This document shows, piece by piece, positions 22,294 to 33,650 of a stretch of DNA of 64,000 nt. The notes beneath the pieces were generated by a model. The model worked only from the letters and a program-made list of their open reading frames with translations. It did not search any database and was not told the DNA's origin. Positions within the stretch are counted from its first letter, which is position 1; every line of letters starts with the position of its first letter. The stretch lies in the NCBI RefSeq assembly GCF_054482525.1, contig NZ_CM137006.1; one strand, 5' to 3'. A program made the position numbers and the translations under genes.

Positions 22294-23670
22294 ATGAGCG
22301 ACACCTCACCTGCCATACCGGAAAGTATCGATCCGGCAAATCAGCATAAAACGCTGACTGCCGGACAACAGGCGGTTATTAAGAAGCTGTTTCGCCGCCT
22401 GATCGTCTTTCTGTTCGTGCTGTTTATCTTCTCGTTCCTTGATCGCATCAACATCGGCTTTGCCGGGCTCACGATGGGACGCGACCTCGGTCTGAGCGCC
22501 ACCATGTTTGGCCTCGCCACCACCCTGTTCTACGCCGCTTATGTCATCTTCGGCATTCCCAGCAACATTATGCTGAGTATTGTCGGTGCGCGGCGCTGGA
22601 TCGCCACCATCATGGTGCTTTGGGGCATCGCCTCTACGGTCACCATGTTTGCCACTGGCCCCACCAGCTTGTACGTACTGCGCATACTGGTTGGCATTAC
22701 CGAAGCCGGCTTTCTGCCTGGCATTCTGCTGTATTTAACCTTCTGGTTTCCGGCCTATTTCCGCGCCCGTGCCAACGCCTTGTTTATGGTAGCAATGCCG
22801 GTAACGACAGCGTTGGGATCGATCGTTTCCGGCTACATTTTGTCGCTGGATGGCGTAATGGCATTAAAAGGCTGGCAGTGGCTGTTTTTGCTGGAAGGCT
22901 TCCCGTCGGTATTACTCGGCGTCATGGTGTGGTTCTGGCTTGATGACTCACCGGACAAAGCTAAGTGGCTGACGAAAGAAGACAAAAAATGCCTGCAAGA
23001 GATGATGGATAACGATCGTCTGACGCTGGTTCAGCCAGAGGGAGCCATCAGCCACCACGCCATGCAACAACGCAGCATGTGGCGGGAGATCTTCACTCCG
23101 GTGGTGATGATGTATACCCTGGCGTATTTCTGCCTGACCAACACACTTAGTGCAATCAGCATCTGGACACCGCAGATCCTACAAAGCTTTAATCAGGGTA
23201 GCAGTAATATCACCATCGGCCTGCTGGCCGCCGTACCGCAGATTTGTACCATTCTCGGGATGATCTACTGGAGCCGTCACTCAGATCGCCGCCAGGAACG
23301 AAGGCATCACACCGCCCTTCCTTATTTGTTCGCTGCCGCTGGTTGGTTACTGGCTTCGGCAACTGATCACAACATGATCCAGATGCTGGGGATCATTATG
23401 GCTTCGACCGGATCATTCAGCGCAATGGCGATTTTCTGGACAACACCGGATCAGTCCATCAGCCTGCGGGCACGAGCGATCGGTATTGCGGTGATCAACG
23501 CCACTGGCAACATTGGTTCAGCATTAAGTCCGTTTATGATCGGCTGGTTGAAAGATCTGACCGGCAGCTTTAACAGTGGATTGTGGTTTGTTGCCGCGCT
23601 GCTGGTGATTGGTGCGGGGATTATCTGGGCGATTCCAATGCAGTCCTCCCGTCCGCGAGCGACCCCGTAA
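22294..23670 (+). CDS. hpaX: 4-hydroxyphenylacetate permease (MFS)
   Basis: 458 aa, 12-TM MFS. Confidence 0.88.
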   Translation: MSDTSPAIPESIDPANQHKTLTAGQQAVIKKLFRRLIVFLFVLFIFSFLDRINIGFAGLTMGRDLGLSATMFGLATTLFYAAYVIFGIPSNIMLSIVGARRWIATIMVLWGIASTVTMFATGPTSLYVLRILVGITEAGFLPGILLYLTFWFPAYFRARANALFMVAMPVTTALGSIVSGYILSLDGVMALKGWQWLFLLEGFPSVLLGVMVWFWLDDSPDKAKWLTKEDKKCLQEMMDNDRLTLVQPEGAISHHAMQQRSMWREIFTPVVMMYTLAYFCLTNTLSAISIWTPQILQSFNQGSSNITIGLLAAVPQICTILGMIYWSRHSDRRQERRHHTALPYLFAAAGWLLASATDHNMIQMLGIIMASTGSFSAMAIFWTTPDQSISLRARAIGIAVINATGNIGSALSPFMIGWLKDLTGSFNSGLWFVAALLVIGAGIIWAIPMQSSRPRATP

Positions 23671-23679
23671 GGAACGACG

Positions 23680-24570
23680 ATGTGTGACCGTCAGATTGCC
23701 AATATTGATATCAGCAAAGAGTACGATGAAAGCCTGGGTACTGACGATGTGCATTATCAGTCGTTCGCCCGCATGGCGGCATTTTTTGGCCGCCATATGC
23801 TGCCACATCGCCACGAACAGTACTTTCAGATGCATTTCCTCAATAGCGGACAGATTGAGCTACAGCTTGACGATCATCGCTACTCGGTGGAAGCGCCCCT
23901 GTTTGTCCTGACGCCACCGTCAGTACCTCATGCGTTTATTACGGAGTCTGACGCCGACGGTCATGTGTTGACGGTACGGGAAGATCTGATCTGGCCCCTG
24001 CTGGAAGTTCTTTATCCGGGCACTCGGGAAACCTTCGGCCTGCCGGGGATTTGCCTGTCACTGGCAGATAAACCCGACGAACTGGCGGCGCTGGAACACT
24101 ATTGGCAACTGATAGAGCGGGAATCGGTAGAACAACTGCCTGGACGGGAACACACCCTGACGCTACTGGCACAGGCAGTGTTCACCCTACTGCTGCGTAA
24201 CGCAAAACTCGACGACCATGCCGCCAGCGGGATGCGCGGAGAATTAAAACTGTTCCAACGTTTTCATATGCTGATTGAAAGCCATTTTCACCAGCACTGG
24301 ACAGTACCGGATTACGCTAACGAACTGCATATCACCGAATCACGACTCACGGACATCTGCCGTCGCTTTGCCAACCGTCCGCCAAAACGGTTGATTTTCG
24401 ACAGGCAGCTGCGAGAAGCCAAACGGCTGCTGCTGTTTTCTGATAACGCCGTGAACAATATTGCCTGGCAACTCGGTTTTAAGGATCCGGCTTATTTTGC
24501 CCGCTTTTTTAATCGCTTAGTCGGTTGCTCGCCCAGTGCTTATCGTGCCAAAAAAGTACCTGTGACGTGA
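23680..24570 (+). CDS. hpaA: AraC/XylS-family activator of hpaBC
   Basis: 296 aa; C-terminal AraC HTH (IAWQLGFKDPAYFARFFNRLVGCSPSAYR). Confidence 0.85.
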   Translation: MCDRQIANIDISKEYDESLGTDDVHYQSFARMAAFFGRHMLPHRHEQYFQMHFLNSGQIELQLDDHRYSVEAPLFVLTPPSVPHAFITESDADGHVLTVREDLIWPLLEVLYPGTRETFGLPGICLSLADKPDELAALEHYWQLIERESVEQLPGREHTLTLLAQAVFTLLLRNAKLDDHAASGMRGELKLFQRFHMLIESHFHQHWTVPDYANELHITESRLTDICRRFANRPPKRLIFDRQLREAKRLLLFSDNAVNNIAWQLGFKDPAYFARFFNRLVGCSPSAYRAKKVPVT

Positions 24571-24820
24571 AAATCCCTTAGCCTTAACGGGAAACCAGGC
24601 ACCACCTGCTATTCCCCTTTCTCCGCCTGGAGCAAGGGGATTTAGTAACGTTAAAAATCGTTAAAAGCGACCTCGATCACAAAACCGTACCCGACATGAA
24701 AAGTACCAGCCATTGTCCCAAAAGTGTCTTCCCGTAATCGCCCCTGCAAGCTTCAATTGAATAACAAAAACAACACACAAAATTAACAATCGTATTCCGA
24801 TTAATACTGTAGAGGTCGAC
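24571..24820 (+). promoter_or_regulatory. hpaBC promoter region (HpaA-dependent)
   Basis: 250-bp non-coding gap upstream of hpaB; individual sites not resolved. Confidence 0.35.
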
Positions 24821-26383
24821 ATGAAACCAGAAGATTTCCGCGCCAGTACCCAACGTCCGTTCACCGGGGAAGAGTATCTGAAAAGCCTGCAGGATGGTCG
24901 AGAGATCTATATCTATGGCGAGCGAGTGAAAGACGTCACCACTCATCCGGCATTTCGTAATGCGGCAGCGTCTGTTGCCCAACTGTACGACGCGCTACAC
25001 AAACCGGAGATGCAGGACTCTCTGTGTTGGAACACCGACACCGGCAGCGGCGGCTATACCCATAAATTCTTCCGCGTGGCGAAAAGTGCCGACGACCTGC
25101 GCCAGCAACGCGACGCCATCGCTGAGTGGTCACGCCTGAGCTATGGCTGGATGGGCCGTACCCCAGACTACAAAGCTGCTTTCGGTTGCGCACTGGGCGC
25201 GAATCCGGGCTTTTACGGTCAGTTCGAGCAGAACGCCCGTAACTGGTACACCCGTATTCAGGAAACTGGCCTCTACTTTAACCACGCGATTGTTAACCCA
25301 CCGATCGATCGTCATTTGCCGACCGATAAAGTAAAAGACGTTTACATCAAGCTGGAAAAAGAGACTGACGCCGGGATTATCGTCAGCGGTGCGAAAGTGG
25401 TTGCCACCAACTCGGCGCTGACTCACTACAACATGATTGGCTTCGGCTCGGCACAAGTGATGGGCGAAAACCCGGACTTCGCACTGATGTTCGTTGCGCC
25501 AATGGATGCCGATGGCGTGAAATTAATCTCCCGCGCCTCTTATGAGATGGTCGCGGGTGCTACCGGCTCGCCGTACGACTACCCGCTCTCCAGCCGCTTC
25601 GATGAGAACGATGCGATTCTGGTGATGGATAACGTGCTGATCCCATGGGAAAACGTGCTGATCTACCGCGATTTTGATCGCTGCCGTCGCTGGACGATGG
25701 AAGGCGGTTTCGCCCGTATGTATCCGCTGCAAGCCTGTGTGCGCCTGGCAGTGAAATTAGACTTCATTACGGCACTGCTGAAAAAATCACTCGAATGTAC
25801 CGGCACCCTGGAGTTCCGTGGCGTGCAGGCCGATCTCGGTGAAGTGGTGGCGTGGCGCAACACCTTCTGGGCATTGAGTGACTCGATGTGTTCAGAAGCA
25901 ACGCCGTGGGTCAACGGGGCTTATTTACCGGATCATGCCGCACTGCAAACCTATCGCGTACTGGCACCAATGGCCTACGCGAAGATCAAAAACATTATCG
26001 AACGCAACGTTACCAGTGGCCTGATCTATCTCCCTTCCAGTGCCCGTGACCTGAACAATCCGCAGATCGACCAGTATCTGGCGAAGTATGTGCGCGGTTC
26101 GAATGGTATGGATCACGTCCAGCGCATCAAGATCCTCAAACTGATGTGGGATGCCATTGGCAGCGAATTTGGTGGTCGTCACGAACTGTATGAAATCAAC
26201 TACTCCGGTAGCCAGGATGAGATTCGCCTGCAGTGTCTGCGCCAGGCACAAAGCTCCGGCAATATGGACAAGATGATGGCGATGGTTGATCGCTGCCTGT
26301 CGGAATACGACCAGAACGGCTGGACTGTGCCGCACCTGCACAACAACGACGATATCAACATGCTGGATAAGCTGCTGAAATAA
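24821..26383 (+). CDS. hpaB: 4-hydroxyphenylacetate 3-monooxygenase, oxygenase component
   Basis: 520 aa; two-component flavin-dependent monooxygenase large subunit. Confidence 0.93.
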   Translation: MKPEDFRASTQRPFTGEEYLKSLQDGREIYIYGERVKDVTTHPAFRNAAASVAQLYDALHKPEMQDSLCWNTDTGSGGYTHKFFRVAKSADDLRQQRDAIAEWSRLSYGWMGRTPDYKAAFGCALGANPGFYGQFEQNARNWYTRIQETGLYFNHAIVNPPIDRHLPTDKVKDVYIKLEKETDAGIIVSGAKVVATNSALTHYNMIGFGSAQVMGENPDFALMFVAPMDADGVKLISRASYEMVAGATGSPYDYPLSSRFDENDAILVMDNVLIPWENVLIYRDFDRCRRWTMEGGFARMYPLQACVRLAVKLDFITALLKKSLECTGTLEFRGVQADLGEVVAWRNTFWALSDSMCSEATPWVNGAYLPDHAALQTYRVLAPMAYAKIKNIIERNVTSGLIYLPSSARDLNNPQIDQYLAKYVRGSNGMDHVQRIKILKLMWDAIGSEFGGRHELYEINYSGSQDEIRLQCLRQAQSSGNMDKMMAMVDRCLSEYDQNGWTVPHLHNNDDINMLDKLLK

Positions 26384-26400
26384 CGCAGCAGGAGGTTAAG

Positions 26401-26913
26401 ATGCAATTAGATGAACAACGCCTGCGCTTTCGTGACGCAATGGCCAGCCTGTCGGCAGCGGTAAATATTATCACCACCGAGGGCAACGCCGGGCAATGCG
26501 GGATTACGGCAACGGCTGTCTGCTCGGTCACGGATACACCACCGTCGCTGATGGTGTGCATTAACGCCAACAGTGCGATGAACCCGGTTTTTCAGGGCAA
26601 CGGTAAGTTGTGCGTCAACGTCCTCAACCATGAGCAGGAACTGATGGCACGCCACTTCGCGGGCATGACAGGCATGGCGATGGAAGAGCGTTTTAGCCTC
26701 TCATGCTGGCAAAAAGGTCCGCTGGCGCAGCCGGTGCTAAAAGGTTCGCTGGCCAGTCTTGAAGGTGAGATCCGCGATGTGCAGGCAATTGGCACACATC
26801 TGGTGTATCTGGTGGAGATTAAAAACATCATCCTCAGTGCAGAAGGTCACGGACTTATCTACTTTAAACGCCGTTTCCATCCGGTGATGCTGGAAATGGA
26901 AGCTGCGATTTAA
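26401..26913 (+). CDS. hpaC: 4-hydroxyphenylacetate 3-monooxygenase, NADH:flavin reductase component
   Basis: 170 aa flavin reductase; RBS GGAGG before ATG. Confidence 0.9.
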   Translation: MQLDEQRLRFRDAMASLSAAVNIITTEGNAGQCGITATAVCSVTDTPPSLMVCINANSAMNPVFQGNGKLCVNVLNHEQELMARHFAGMTGMAMEERFSLSCWQKGPLAQPVLKGSLASLEGEIRDVQAIGTHLVYLVEIKNIILSAEGHGLIYFKRRFHPVMLEMEAAI

Positions 26914-26919
26914 GCTCCA

Positions 26920-26955
26920 GCCCCTTCACGTATTCGTCGAAGGGGCATTTTTATT
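26920..26955 (+). terminator. rho-independent terminator after hpaC
   Basis: GCCCCTTC-loop-GAAGGGGC followed by ATTTTTATT. Confidence 0.65.
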
Positions 26956-26970
26956 GTGATCTCAATCACA
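26955..26970. promoter_or_regulatory. CRP-binding site candidate (TGTGA-N6-TCACA)
   Basis: Perfect TGTGAtctcaaTCACA; about 335 bp upstream of btsT start. Confidence 0.45.
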
Positions 26971-27305
26971 TATCCACCCGATGAATAATTCTTGCCCAAC
27001 CGCTCACCGCCATTCCTGACCGCTTACATCCCTAAAATAACCACTCAGTTATTTACCTTACTTTATGCGCGCGTAACTCTGGCAACATCACTGCAGGATA
27101 GCGGTCAATTTACCTCCTCAAACGCAACGCAAACCTAGAACGGCTTCGGCCTATGATTAACAAATTACTCTATGGATTTTGGTTTGCAGGAAGGCAGCAA
27201 GTGAGTGAATCCCCGGGAGCTTACAACAGTAAGTGACAGGGGTGAACGAACGCAGCTGCCGCACCTGTAAGCCAAAAGACGACGAGTAAAATGCCAGGTT
27301 TTACT

Positions 27306-29456
27306 ATGGATACGAAAAAACTATTCAAGCACATACCCTGGGTGATTCTCGGAATCATCGGTGCATTCTGCCTCGCGGTAGTTGCATTACGTCGGGGGGA
27401 GCACGTCAGCGCCCTGTGGATCGTGGTCGCCTCTGTGTCGGTGTATCTGGTGGCTTATCGCTACTACAGTCTGTACATCGCCCAGAAGGTGATGAAACTC
27501 GACCCCACGCGCGCGACGCCTGCGGTTATTAACAACGACGGTCTGAACTACGTTCCGACCAACCGTTACGTGTTGTTTGGTCACCACTTCGCCGCTATCG
27601 CCGGTGCTGGTCCGCTGGTTGGACCGGTTCTCGCCGCGCAGATGGGCTACCTGCCTGGCACGCTGTGGCTGCTGGCGGGGGTCGTGCTGGCCGGTGCGGT
27701 TCAGGACTTTATGGTGCTGTTTATCTCCTCTCGCCGTAACGGCGCATCTCTCGGTGAGATGATCAAAGAAGAGATGGGACCAGTACCGGGGACTATCGCG
27801 CTGTTTGGCTGTTTCTTAATCATGATCATCATCCTCGCCGTCCTGGCGCTGATTGTGGTTAAAGCCCTGGCCGAAAGTCCGTGGGGTGTCTTCACCGTTT
27901 GCTCAACCGTACCGATTGCGCTGTTTATGGGTATCTACATGCGCTTTATCCGTCCGGGGCGTGTGGGTGAAGTCTCTGTCATTGGTATCGTGCTGCTGGT
28001 TGCCTCTATCTACTTCGGTGGCGTGATTGCTCACGATCCGTACTGGGGTCCGGCACTGACCTTTAAAGACACCACCATTACCTTCGCGCTGATTGGCTAT
28101 GCGTTTGTTTCCGCACTGCTGCCGGTGTGGCTGATCCTCGCACCGCGCGACTATCTGGCAACCTTCCTGAAAATCGGTGTTATCGTCGGCCTGGCGCTGG
28201 GTATCGTGGTGCTGAACCCGGAACTGAAAATGCCTGCGATGACCCAGTACATTGACGGTACTGGCCCGCTGTGGAAAGGCGCTCTGTTCCCGTTCCTGTT
28301 CATCACCATCGCCTGTGGTGCGGTATCTGGCTTCCACGCACTGATCTCTTCCGGTACGACACCGAAACTGCTGGCTAATGAAACCGACGCGCGTTTCATT
28401 GGCTACGGCGCAATGCTGATGGAGTCCTTCGTGGCGATTATGGCGCTGGTTGCTGCGTCCATCATCGAACCGGGTCTTTACTTCGCGATGAACACCCCGC
28501 CTGCTGGCCTCGGCATCACCATGCCTAACCTGCATGAAATGGGTGGCGAGAACGCGCCGATCATCATGGCGCAGCTGAAAGACGTTACCGCACACGCGGC
28601 AGCGACCGTCAGCTCCTGGGGCTTCGTGATTTCGCCAGAGCAGATCCTGCAAACCGCGAAAGACATTGGTGAGCCTTCTGTCCTGAACCGTGCAGGTGGT
28701 GCGCCGACGCTGGCGGTAGGTATCGCTCACGTGTTCCACAAAGTGCTGCCGATGGCTGACATGGGCTTCTGGTATCACTTCGGTATTCTGTTCGAAGCCC
28801 TGTTCATCCTGACCGCGCTGGATGCGGGTACCCGTTCTGGCCGCTTTATGCTGCAAGACCTGCTGGGTAACTTTATCCCGTTCCTGAAAAAAACCGACTC
28901 TCTGGTTGCTGGTATCATCGGTACTGCGGGCTGTGTGGGTCTGTGGGGCTACCTGCTGTATCAGGGCGTGGTCGATCCGCTGGGCGGCGTTAAGAGCCTG
29001 TGGCCGCTGTTCGGTATCTCCAACCAGATGCTGGCAGCCGTGGCGCTGGTACTGGGTACCGTTGTGCTGATTAAGATGAAGCGCACCCAATACATCTGGG
29101 TAACTGTTGTTCCGGCTGTATGGCTGCTTATCTGCACCACCTGGGCGCTGGGCCTGAAACTGTTCAGCACCAACCCGCAGATGGAAGGCTTCTTCTACAT
29201 GGCAAGCCAGTACAAAGAGAAGATTGCTAACGGTACTGACCTGACGGCGCAGCAGATTGCCAACATGAACCACATCGTTGTGAACAACTACACCAACGCA
29301 GGCCTGAGTATTCTGTTCCTGATTGTGGTGTACAGCATCATCTTCTACGGTTTCAAAACCTGGCTTGCGGTGCGTAACAGCGACAAACGTACTGACAAAG
29401 AAACACCGTACGTTCCAATCCCGGAAGGCGGCGTGAAGATCTCTTCGCACCACTAA
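27306..29456 (+). CDS. btsT: CstA-family pyruvate/H+ symporter
   Basis: 716 aa from MDTKKLFKHIPW; polytopic membrane protein (yjiY). Confidence 0.9.
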   Translation: MDTKKLFKHIPWVILGIIGAFCLAVVALRRGEHVSALWIVVASVSVYLVAYRYYSLYIAQKVMKLDPTRATPAVINNDGLNYVPTNRYVLFGHHFAAIAGAGPLVGPVLAAQMGYLPGTLWLLAGVVLAGAVQDFMVLFISSRRNGASLGEMIKEEMGPVPGTIALFGCFLIMIIILAVLALIVVKALAESPWGVFTVCSTVPIALFMGIYMRFIRPGRVGEVSVIGIVLLVASIYFGGVIAHDPYWGPALTFKDTTITFALIGYAFVSALLPVWLILAPRDYLATFLKIGVIVGLALGIVVLNPELKMPAMTQYIDGTGPLWKGALFPFLFITIACGAVSGFHALISSGTTPKLLANETDARFIGYGAMLMESFVAIMALVAASIIEPGLYFAMNTPPAGLGITMPNLHEMGGENAPIIMAQLKDVTAHAAATVSSWGFVISPEQILQTAKDIGEPSVLNRAGGAPTLAVGIAHVFHKVLPMADMGFWYHFGILFEALFILTALDAGTRSGRFMLQDLLGNFIPFLKKTDSLVAGIIGTAGCVGLWGYLLYQGVVDPLGGVKSLWPLFGISNQMLAAVALVLGTVVLIKMKRTQYIWVTVVPAVWLLICTTWALGLKLFSTNPQMEGFFYMASQYKEKIANGTDLTAQQIANMNHIVVNNYTNAGLSILFLIVVYSIIFYGFKTWLAVRNSDKRTDKETPYVPIPEGGVKISSHH

Positions 29457-29465
29457 CCGTGTTTA

Positions 29466-29492
29466 GCCCCGCTTCGGCGGGGCTTTGTTCTT
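29466..29492 (+). terminator. rho-independent terminator after btsT
   Basis: GCCCCGC-ttcg-GCGGGGC then TTTGTTCTT. Confidence 0.7.
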
Positions 29493-29505
29493 ATCAGAGT
29501 GAACT

Positions 29506-29709
29506 ATGTTTGGTAACTTAGGACAGGCAAAAAAATATCTCGGCCAGGCGGCGAAGATGTTGATTGGCATTCCAGACTACGACAACTACGTCGAGCATAT
29601 GAAGACCAACCATCCCGACAAGCCGTACATGAGCTATGAAGAATTCTTCCGCGAACGCCAGAACGCGCGCTACGGCGGCGATGGTAAAGGCGGTATGCGC
29701 TGTTGTTAA
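29506..29709 (+). CDS. yjiX: small DUF466-family protein
   Basis: 67 aa; conserved partner of cstA/btsT-type genes. Confidence 0.8.
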
Positions 29710-29719
29710 TGGAGAGAGC

Positions 29720-30676
29720 ATGAACCCGATTGCAGTTACCCTACTCACCGGTTTTTTAGGCGCGGGCAAAACCACCCTGCTGCGCCATATTCTTAACGAA
29801 CAACACGGCTACAAGATTGCCGTGATTGAAAACGAATTCGGCGAAGTCTCCGTTGATGATCAACTGATTGGCGATCGCGCCACGCAGATCAAAACGCTGA
29901 CCAACGGCTGCATCTGCTGTTCGCGCTCCAACGAGCTGGAGGACGCGCTACTCGACCTGCTGGACAATCTCGACAAGGGCAATATTCAGTTCGACCGTCT
30001 GGTCATTGAATGCACCGGCATGGCCGATCCCGGCCCGATTATTCAGACCTTTTTCTCCCATGAGATTTTATGCCAGCGCTACCTGCTGGACGGCGTGATT
30101 GCGCTGGTGGACGCGGTACATGCCGATGAGCAGATGAACCAGTTCACCATCGCCCAGTCACAGGTTGGCTACGCCGACCGTATTCTGCTGACTAAAACCG
30201 ACGTCGCAGGTGAAGCAGAAAAACTGCGCGAACGCCTGGCACGCATCAACGCCCGCGCACCGGTCTACACCGTTACCCACGGCGACATCGACCTGGGCCT
30301 GCTGTTCAACACCAACGGTTTTATGCTGGAAGAGAACGTCGTCAGCACCAAACCGCGTTTCCACTTTATCGCGGATAAACAAAACGATATTTCGTCGATT
30401 GTGGTGGAACTGGATTACCCGGTAGATATCAGCGAAGTTTCCCGGGTGATGGAAAACCTGCTGCTGGAGTCGGCAGATAAACTGCTGCGTTACAAAGGGA
30501 TGCTGTGGATTGACGGCGAACCTAACCGTCTGCTGTTCCAGGGCGTCCAGCGCCTCTACAGCGCCGACTGGGACCGCCCGTGGGGCGATGAAAAACCGCA
30601 TAGCACGATGGTGTTTATCGGGATTCAGCTGCCGGAGGATGAGATTCGGGCGGCGTTTGCGGAACTCAAAAAGTAA
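29720..30676 (+). CDS. yjiA: CobW/HypB-family (COG0523) metal-chaperone GTPase
   Basis: 318 aa from MNPIAVTLLTGFLGAGKTTLL (P-loop); CxCC motif (GCICCS). Confidence 0.9.
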   Translation: MNPIAVTLLTGFLGAGKTTLLRHILNEQHGYKIAVIENEFGEVSVDDQLIGDRATQIKTLTNGCICCSRSNELEDALLDLLDNLDKGNIQFDRLVIECTGMADPGPIIQTFFSHEILCQRYLLDGVIALVDAVHADEQMNQFTIAQSQVGYADRILLTKTDVAGEAEKLRERLARINARAPVYTVTHGDIDLGLLFNTNGFMLEENVVSTKPRFHFIADKQNDISSIVVELDYPVDISEVSRVMENLLLESADKLLRYKGMLWIDGEPNRLLFQGVQRLYSADWDRPWGDEKPHSTMVFIGIQLPEDEIRAAFAELKK

Positions 30677-30713
30677 CCAGCCCTCCAACATCACAATACC
30701 TGAGACTTTATCA

Positions 30714-30740
30714 CCCTCATATTCCTCCTGAATATGAGGG
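30714..30740. terminator. hairpin between convergent yjiA and pac (bidirectional terminator candidate)
   Basis: CCCTCATATTC-ctcct-GAATATGAGGG. Confidence 0.5.
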
Positions 30741-30753
30741 CTTTCGGGCTTAA

Positions 30754-33294
30754 TTATCTCTGAACGTGCAACACTTCCTGCGACTCCTTATGCGCCTCCA
30801 CATCCTGCTTCGTTAACCAGAGCGACTTACGACCAAAATTTTCGTACATTTTCAGCTGATCTTCATAGTGCTTATCAACTGTTCCATCGGGAGCAATAAA
30901 TCCACTCTGACCGGGTGCGACCACATCCCAGGCAAGCACCGGGCGATCGCTCGTCATTGGTGAGAAGACAATCATATCGTTTTCTGTTCCACGGTTTTGA
31001 TACTCCGCCTGATGACGCGCTTCTTCCGCTGCGGCCTGCGGTACGCCAAAGAAATTATTTGCCCGGAACGTTAAGGCCATTGCAGGTGTTTTCCAGTTAC
31101 TCACATTATTGCCATAGCGTTTGGAAAGAGTCTCCCAGGTATCTTCCAGCGCAGCCAACACAACCTCCTGCTGTGATTTCCCGGCAAACAGATCAACCGC
31201 CTGTGGGATTGGTGATTTGTCTCCCTGCACCGCCTCATACAAAATTTTTGCTCCAACACTTATATTCAGCGAACCAGTTGGACCGTCCTGGGTTGTTTCG
31301 TAGCCACTGGCGCTGTACCACTTATCAAATGGCATAGGTACAACAGCCACTACGGTACGCTTCAACATACTGGTCAGCCAAACGTTTAGGATGGCAGAGC
31401 CTGGCTGTTGCCAGGTTTTACCATCATCATTGAGCAGATTGATGCCATCCCAACGTGTTAATGTTTCTACCAACTGACGACGCGGATCGCTCTGTGTCAA
31501 ACCAGATGTCGCTGCTTGCAGAGTAGGTAAAAAAAGCCTCAGGTTAAGATCCTGACGACTGGTTTGGCGAATAACATCCCATGCCTGATCAGCAGTTAAG
31601 CGTGGCTTTTGCTCAAGCAGTCGGTCGATCTCCGTAACGCGATCTGCACCACCCCACAAAAAGGCAAACAGATCCGAAGCGGGATAATCTTTTTGGGGGG
31701 AATTGTTCCAGTTAGCAATATATCCCGACTGGGGGTTATACACCTTAGGGTTCATTTCAAAAGGCAATAGCCCTTTCCAGTCCCATTTTCCCGTACCAGG
31801 AACGGGTAATCGCGGATCATGGCCTGATTGACGATCTGGATAAGCACCAGTATGAACATAACCAATATTGCCGTTTACATCAGCATAGTACCAGTTGATG
31901 GTCAGTGCTTGTTTCGCTGCCTGCTGTGTCCACTCCTGCCAATTTTTGGCCTTCATCTGATGAGTCCAGGCCAGCAAAGACGCCACCTCTTTACCATCCC
32001 ATGCGCGGGATTTAGCGTAAGCCGTTTGTGTCGTCTGGTCAGTTTGGAGAATGTTGCCATGCACCGTACGCCAGACAGTAAAGGTCTCTGCCTGACCATT
32101 TTTCACCGTAATGGTTTCCTCACGGCTTAACATTTTCACCCACTTACCATTATGCAAGTAGTAGCCTGGTTTCTCTGCCGACAGCTGTTCAGCAAAAATA
32201 TCGACATCATCGCCGAAACCTGCCGTTGATCCCCAGGAAATGACACCATTATGACCAAAAACCAGCCCCGGATAGGCAAATGGTGTATTGCCAGTGACGT
32301 CATAACCAGCACCATGCAGACCAATACCATAAGTATACGCAGGCGCATACCAGCCAAACTGCGGACCATTTACCATGATTGCTTTCGCATCCTGGGCTTT
32401 GCTTTTGCCGATCACCCACATATTGCTGGTCGTTGGATACCCCGCCAGACCATTGGCACCACTCTGTGCAAATTGTGCAGCAATAGTTTCTCGGTTCTTC
32501 CCTGCTGTTAACGCCAGCAGTGCGCCATCCGCCCCTTTTGCTGGTCGGTCAAGCATTGGTGCAGGCAAATCGTAGCGTGGCAACAGAGCTGCTGTTTGCG
32601 AGTTTTGCTGATTAAATTTAAGTGGGTAGCTACTCTCTTGTACGGCAATAGTGGTTGGCGCTGATGGGTTTACCAGCCATTTCAACTGATTAAATACCGC
32701 CATGCCTTGTGATACACCATATTTATCTTTTAAAGCCGTTAGCAGTGCCAGATTATCAATTTCGCTAGTGCTATCAGAGAAGCGGTTTGCCATGGTGCCC
32801 ACAAATATCATCGCGACATCAAACGGTTCCCAGCGCTTAGGAGTAAAGCCAAATGTATTAAACTGTTTTGGTAAGAGCGTCTCTGGATTGGTATTTACCT
32901 TATCAATCCAGGCATTCATTCCATCAGCGTAGCCTTGCAGAATGGACATATCCTCTGGGGAAAGGGCAGCAATTTGTGCCCGGATAGCATCCGGCCAGTA
33001 GTTACGGCGGATATCTTTATCAAATTTCACAAAATCTTTGCCAAGCACTTCCGCGACAGTTCCTTGAGTACTGCGACGTGCCATTTCCATCTGAAAAAGG
33101 CGATCTTGTGCTACTGCATAGCCATAGCCATAAAATAGGTGCCATGTATCATTGGCATAAATATGCGGCATGCCGTATTCATCGCGAACAATCTTTATCT
33201 CACTTGACGACTGCTCAGCCAGTGCAGGCAAGCTCCAACAACACATCAGGTAAGCAGTAACACAGTTCACGATCATACGATTTCTATTTTTCAT
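30754..33294 (-). CDS. pac: penicillin G acylase precursor (Ntn-hydrolase; signal peptide, alpha subunit, spacer, beta subunit)
   Basis: 846 aa; N-terminus [14 protein letters not shown]...[25 protein letters not shown] matches remembered E. coli penicillin amidase. Confidence 0.93.
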   Translation of the reverse strand: MKNRNRMIVNCVTAYLMCCWSLPALAEQSSSEIKIVRDEYGMPHIYANDTWHLFYGYGYAVAQDRLFQMEMARRSTQGTVAEVLGKDFVKFDKDIRRNYWPDAIRAQIAALSPEDMSILQGYADGMNAWIDKVNTNPETLLPKQFNTFGFTPKRWEPFDVAMIFVGTMANRFSDSTSEIDNLALLTALKDKYGVSQGMAVFNQLKWLVNPSAPTTIAVQESSYPLKFNQQNSQTAALLPRYDLPAPMLDRPAKGADGALLALTAGKNRETIAAQFAQSGANGLAGYPTTSNMWVIGKSKAQDAKAIMVNGPQFGWYAPAYTYGIGLHGAGYDVTGNTPFAYPGLVFGHNGVISWGSTAGFGDDVDIFAEQLSAEKPGYYLHNGKWVKMLSREETITVKNGQAETFTVWRTVHGNILQTDQTTQTAYAKSRAWDGKEVASLLAWTHQMKAKNWQEWTQQAAKQALTINWYYADVNGNIGYVHTGAYPDRQSGHDPRLPVPGTGKWDWKGLLPFEMNPKVYNPQSGYIANWNNSPQKDYPASDLFAFLWGGADRVTEIDRLLEQKPRLTADQAWDVIRQTSRQDLNLRLFLPTLQAATSGLTQSDPRRQLVETLTRWDGINLLNDDGKTWQQPGSAILNVWLTSMLKRTVVAVVPMPFDKWYSASGYETTQDGPTGSLNISVGAKILYEAVQGDKSPIPQAVDLFAGKSQQEVVLAALEDTWETLSKRYGNNVSNWKTPAMALTFRANNFFGVPQAAAEEARHQAEYQNRGTENDMIVFSPMTSDRPVLAWDVVAPGQSGFIAPDGTVDKHYEDQLKMYENFGRKSLWLTKQDVEAHKESQEVLHVQR

Positions 33295-33650
33295 TGTATC
33301 CTCTGGCAGGTGTATAATTAGCGAATTGATACTAGCAACGAAGCTTCGGTTATCTATTTGCAGAGAATTGTTTCATTATGAACTGTGAGCGCGATAACTA
33401 ATTTTTGATACAAAAATTTCATTAATGTGATCTAAAACGAATCGCTTTATTCACCGCTGATGATTTTGTTCTTTTACTTTTCCATTCTGTGACAGCCCCC
33501 CGGACGCATAGATGATGACCCCCAGTGAGACAGCTCAGGTCACTATCTGTATGTAAATCAGAAAAATATGTTGTAAACGACTTTTATGGTTGGATTTTGT
33601 AGCAATTTTGAATGCAGACAGGCAGCATTTGCCAACACGCCGCCCATAGT

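Noticed and set aside
15726-27305. Whether the hpa cluster is a mobile genomic island (integrase, IS, att repeats)
   Set aside because: No transposase, integrase, tRNA target or flanking direct repeat could be seen; I treat it as an accessory cluster but not a demonstrable mobile element
27903-29453. 516-aa ORF antisense to btsT
   Set aside because: Low-complexity Arg/His/Gln-rich translation, no RBS; sense strand encodes the CstA-family transporter
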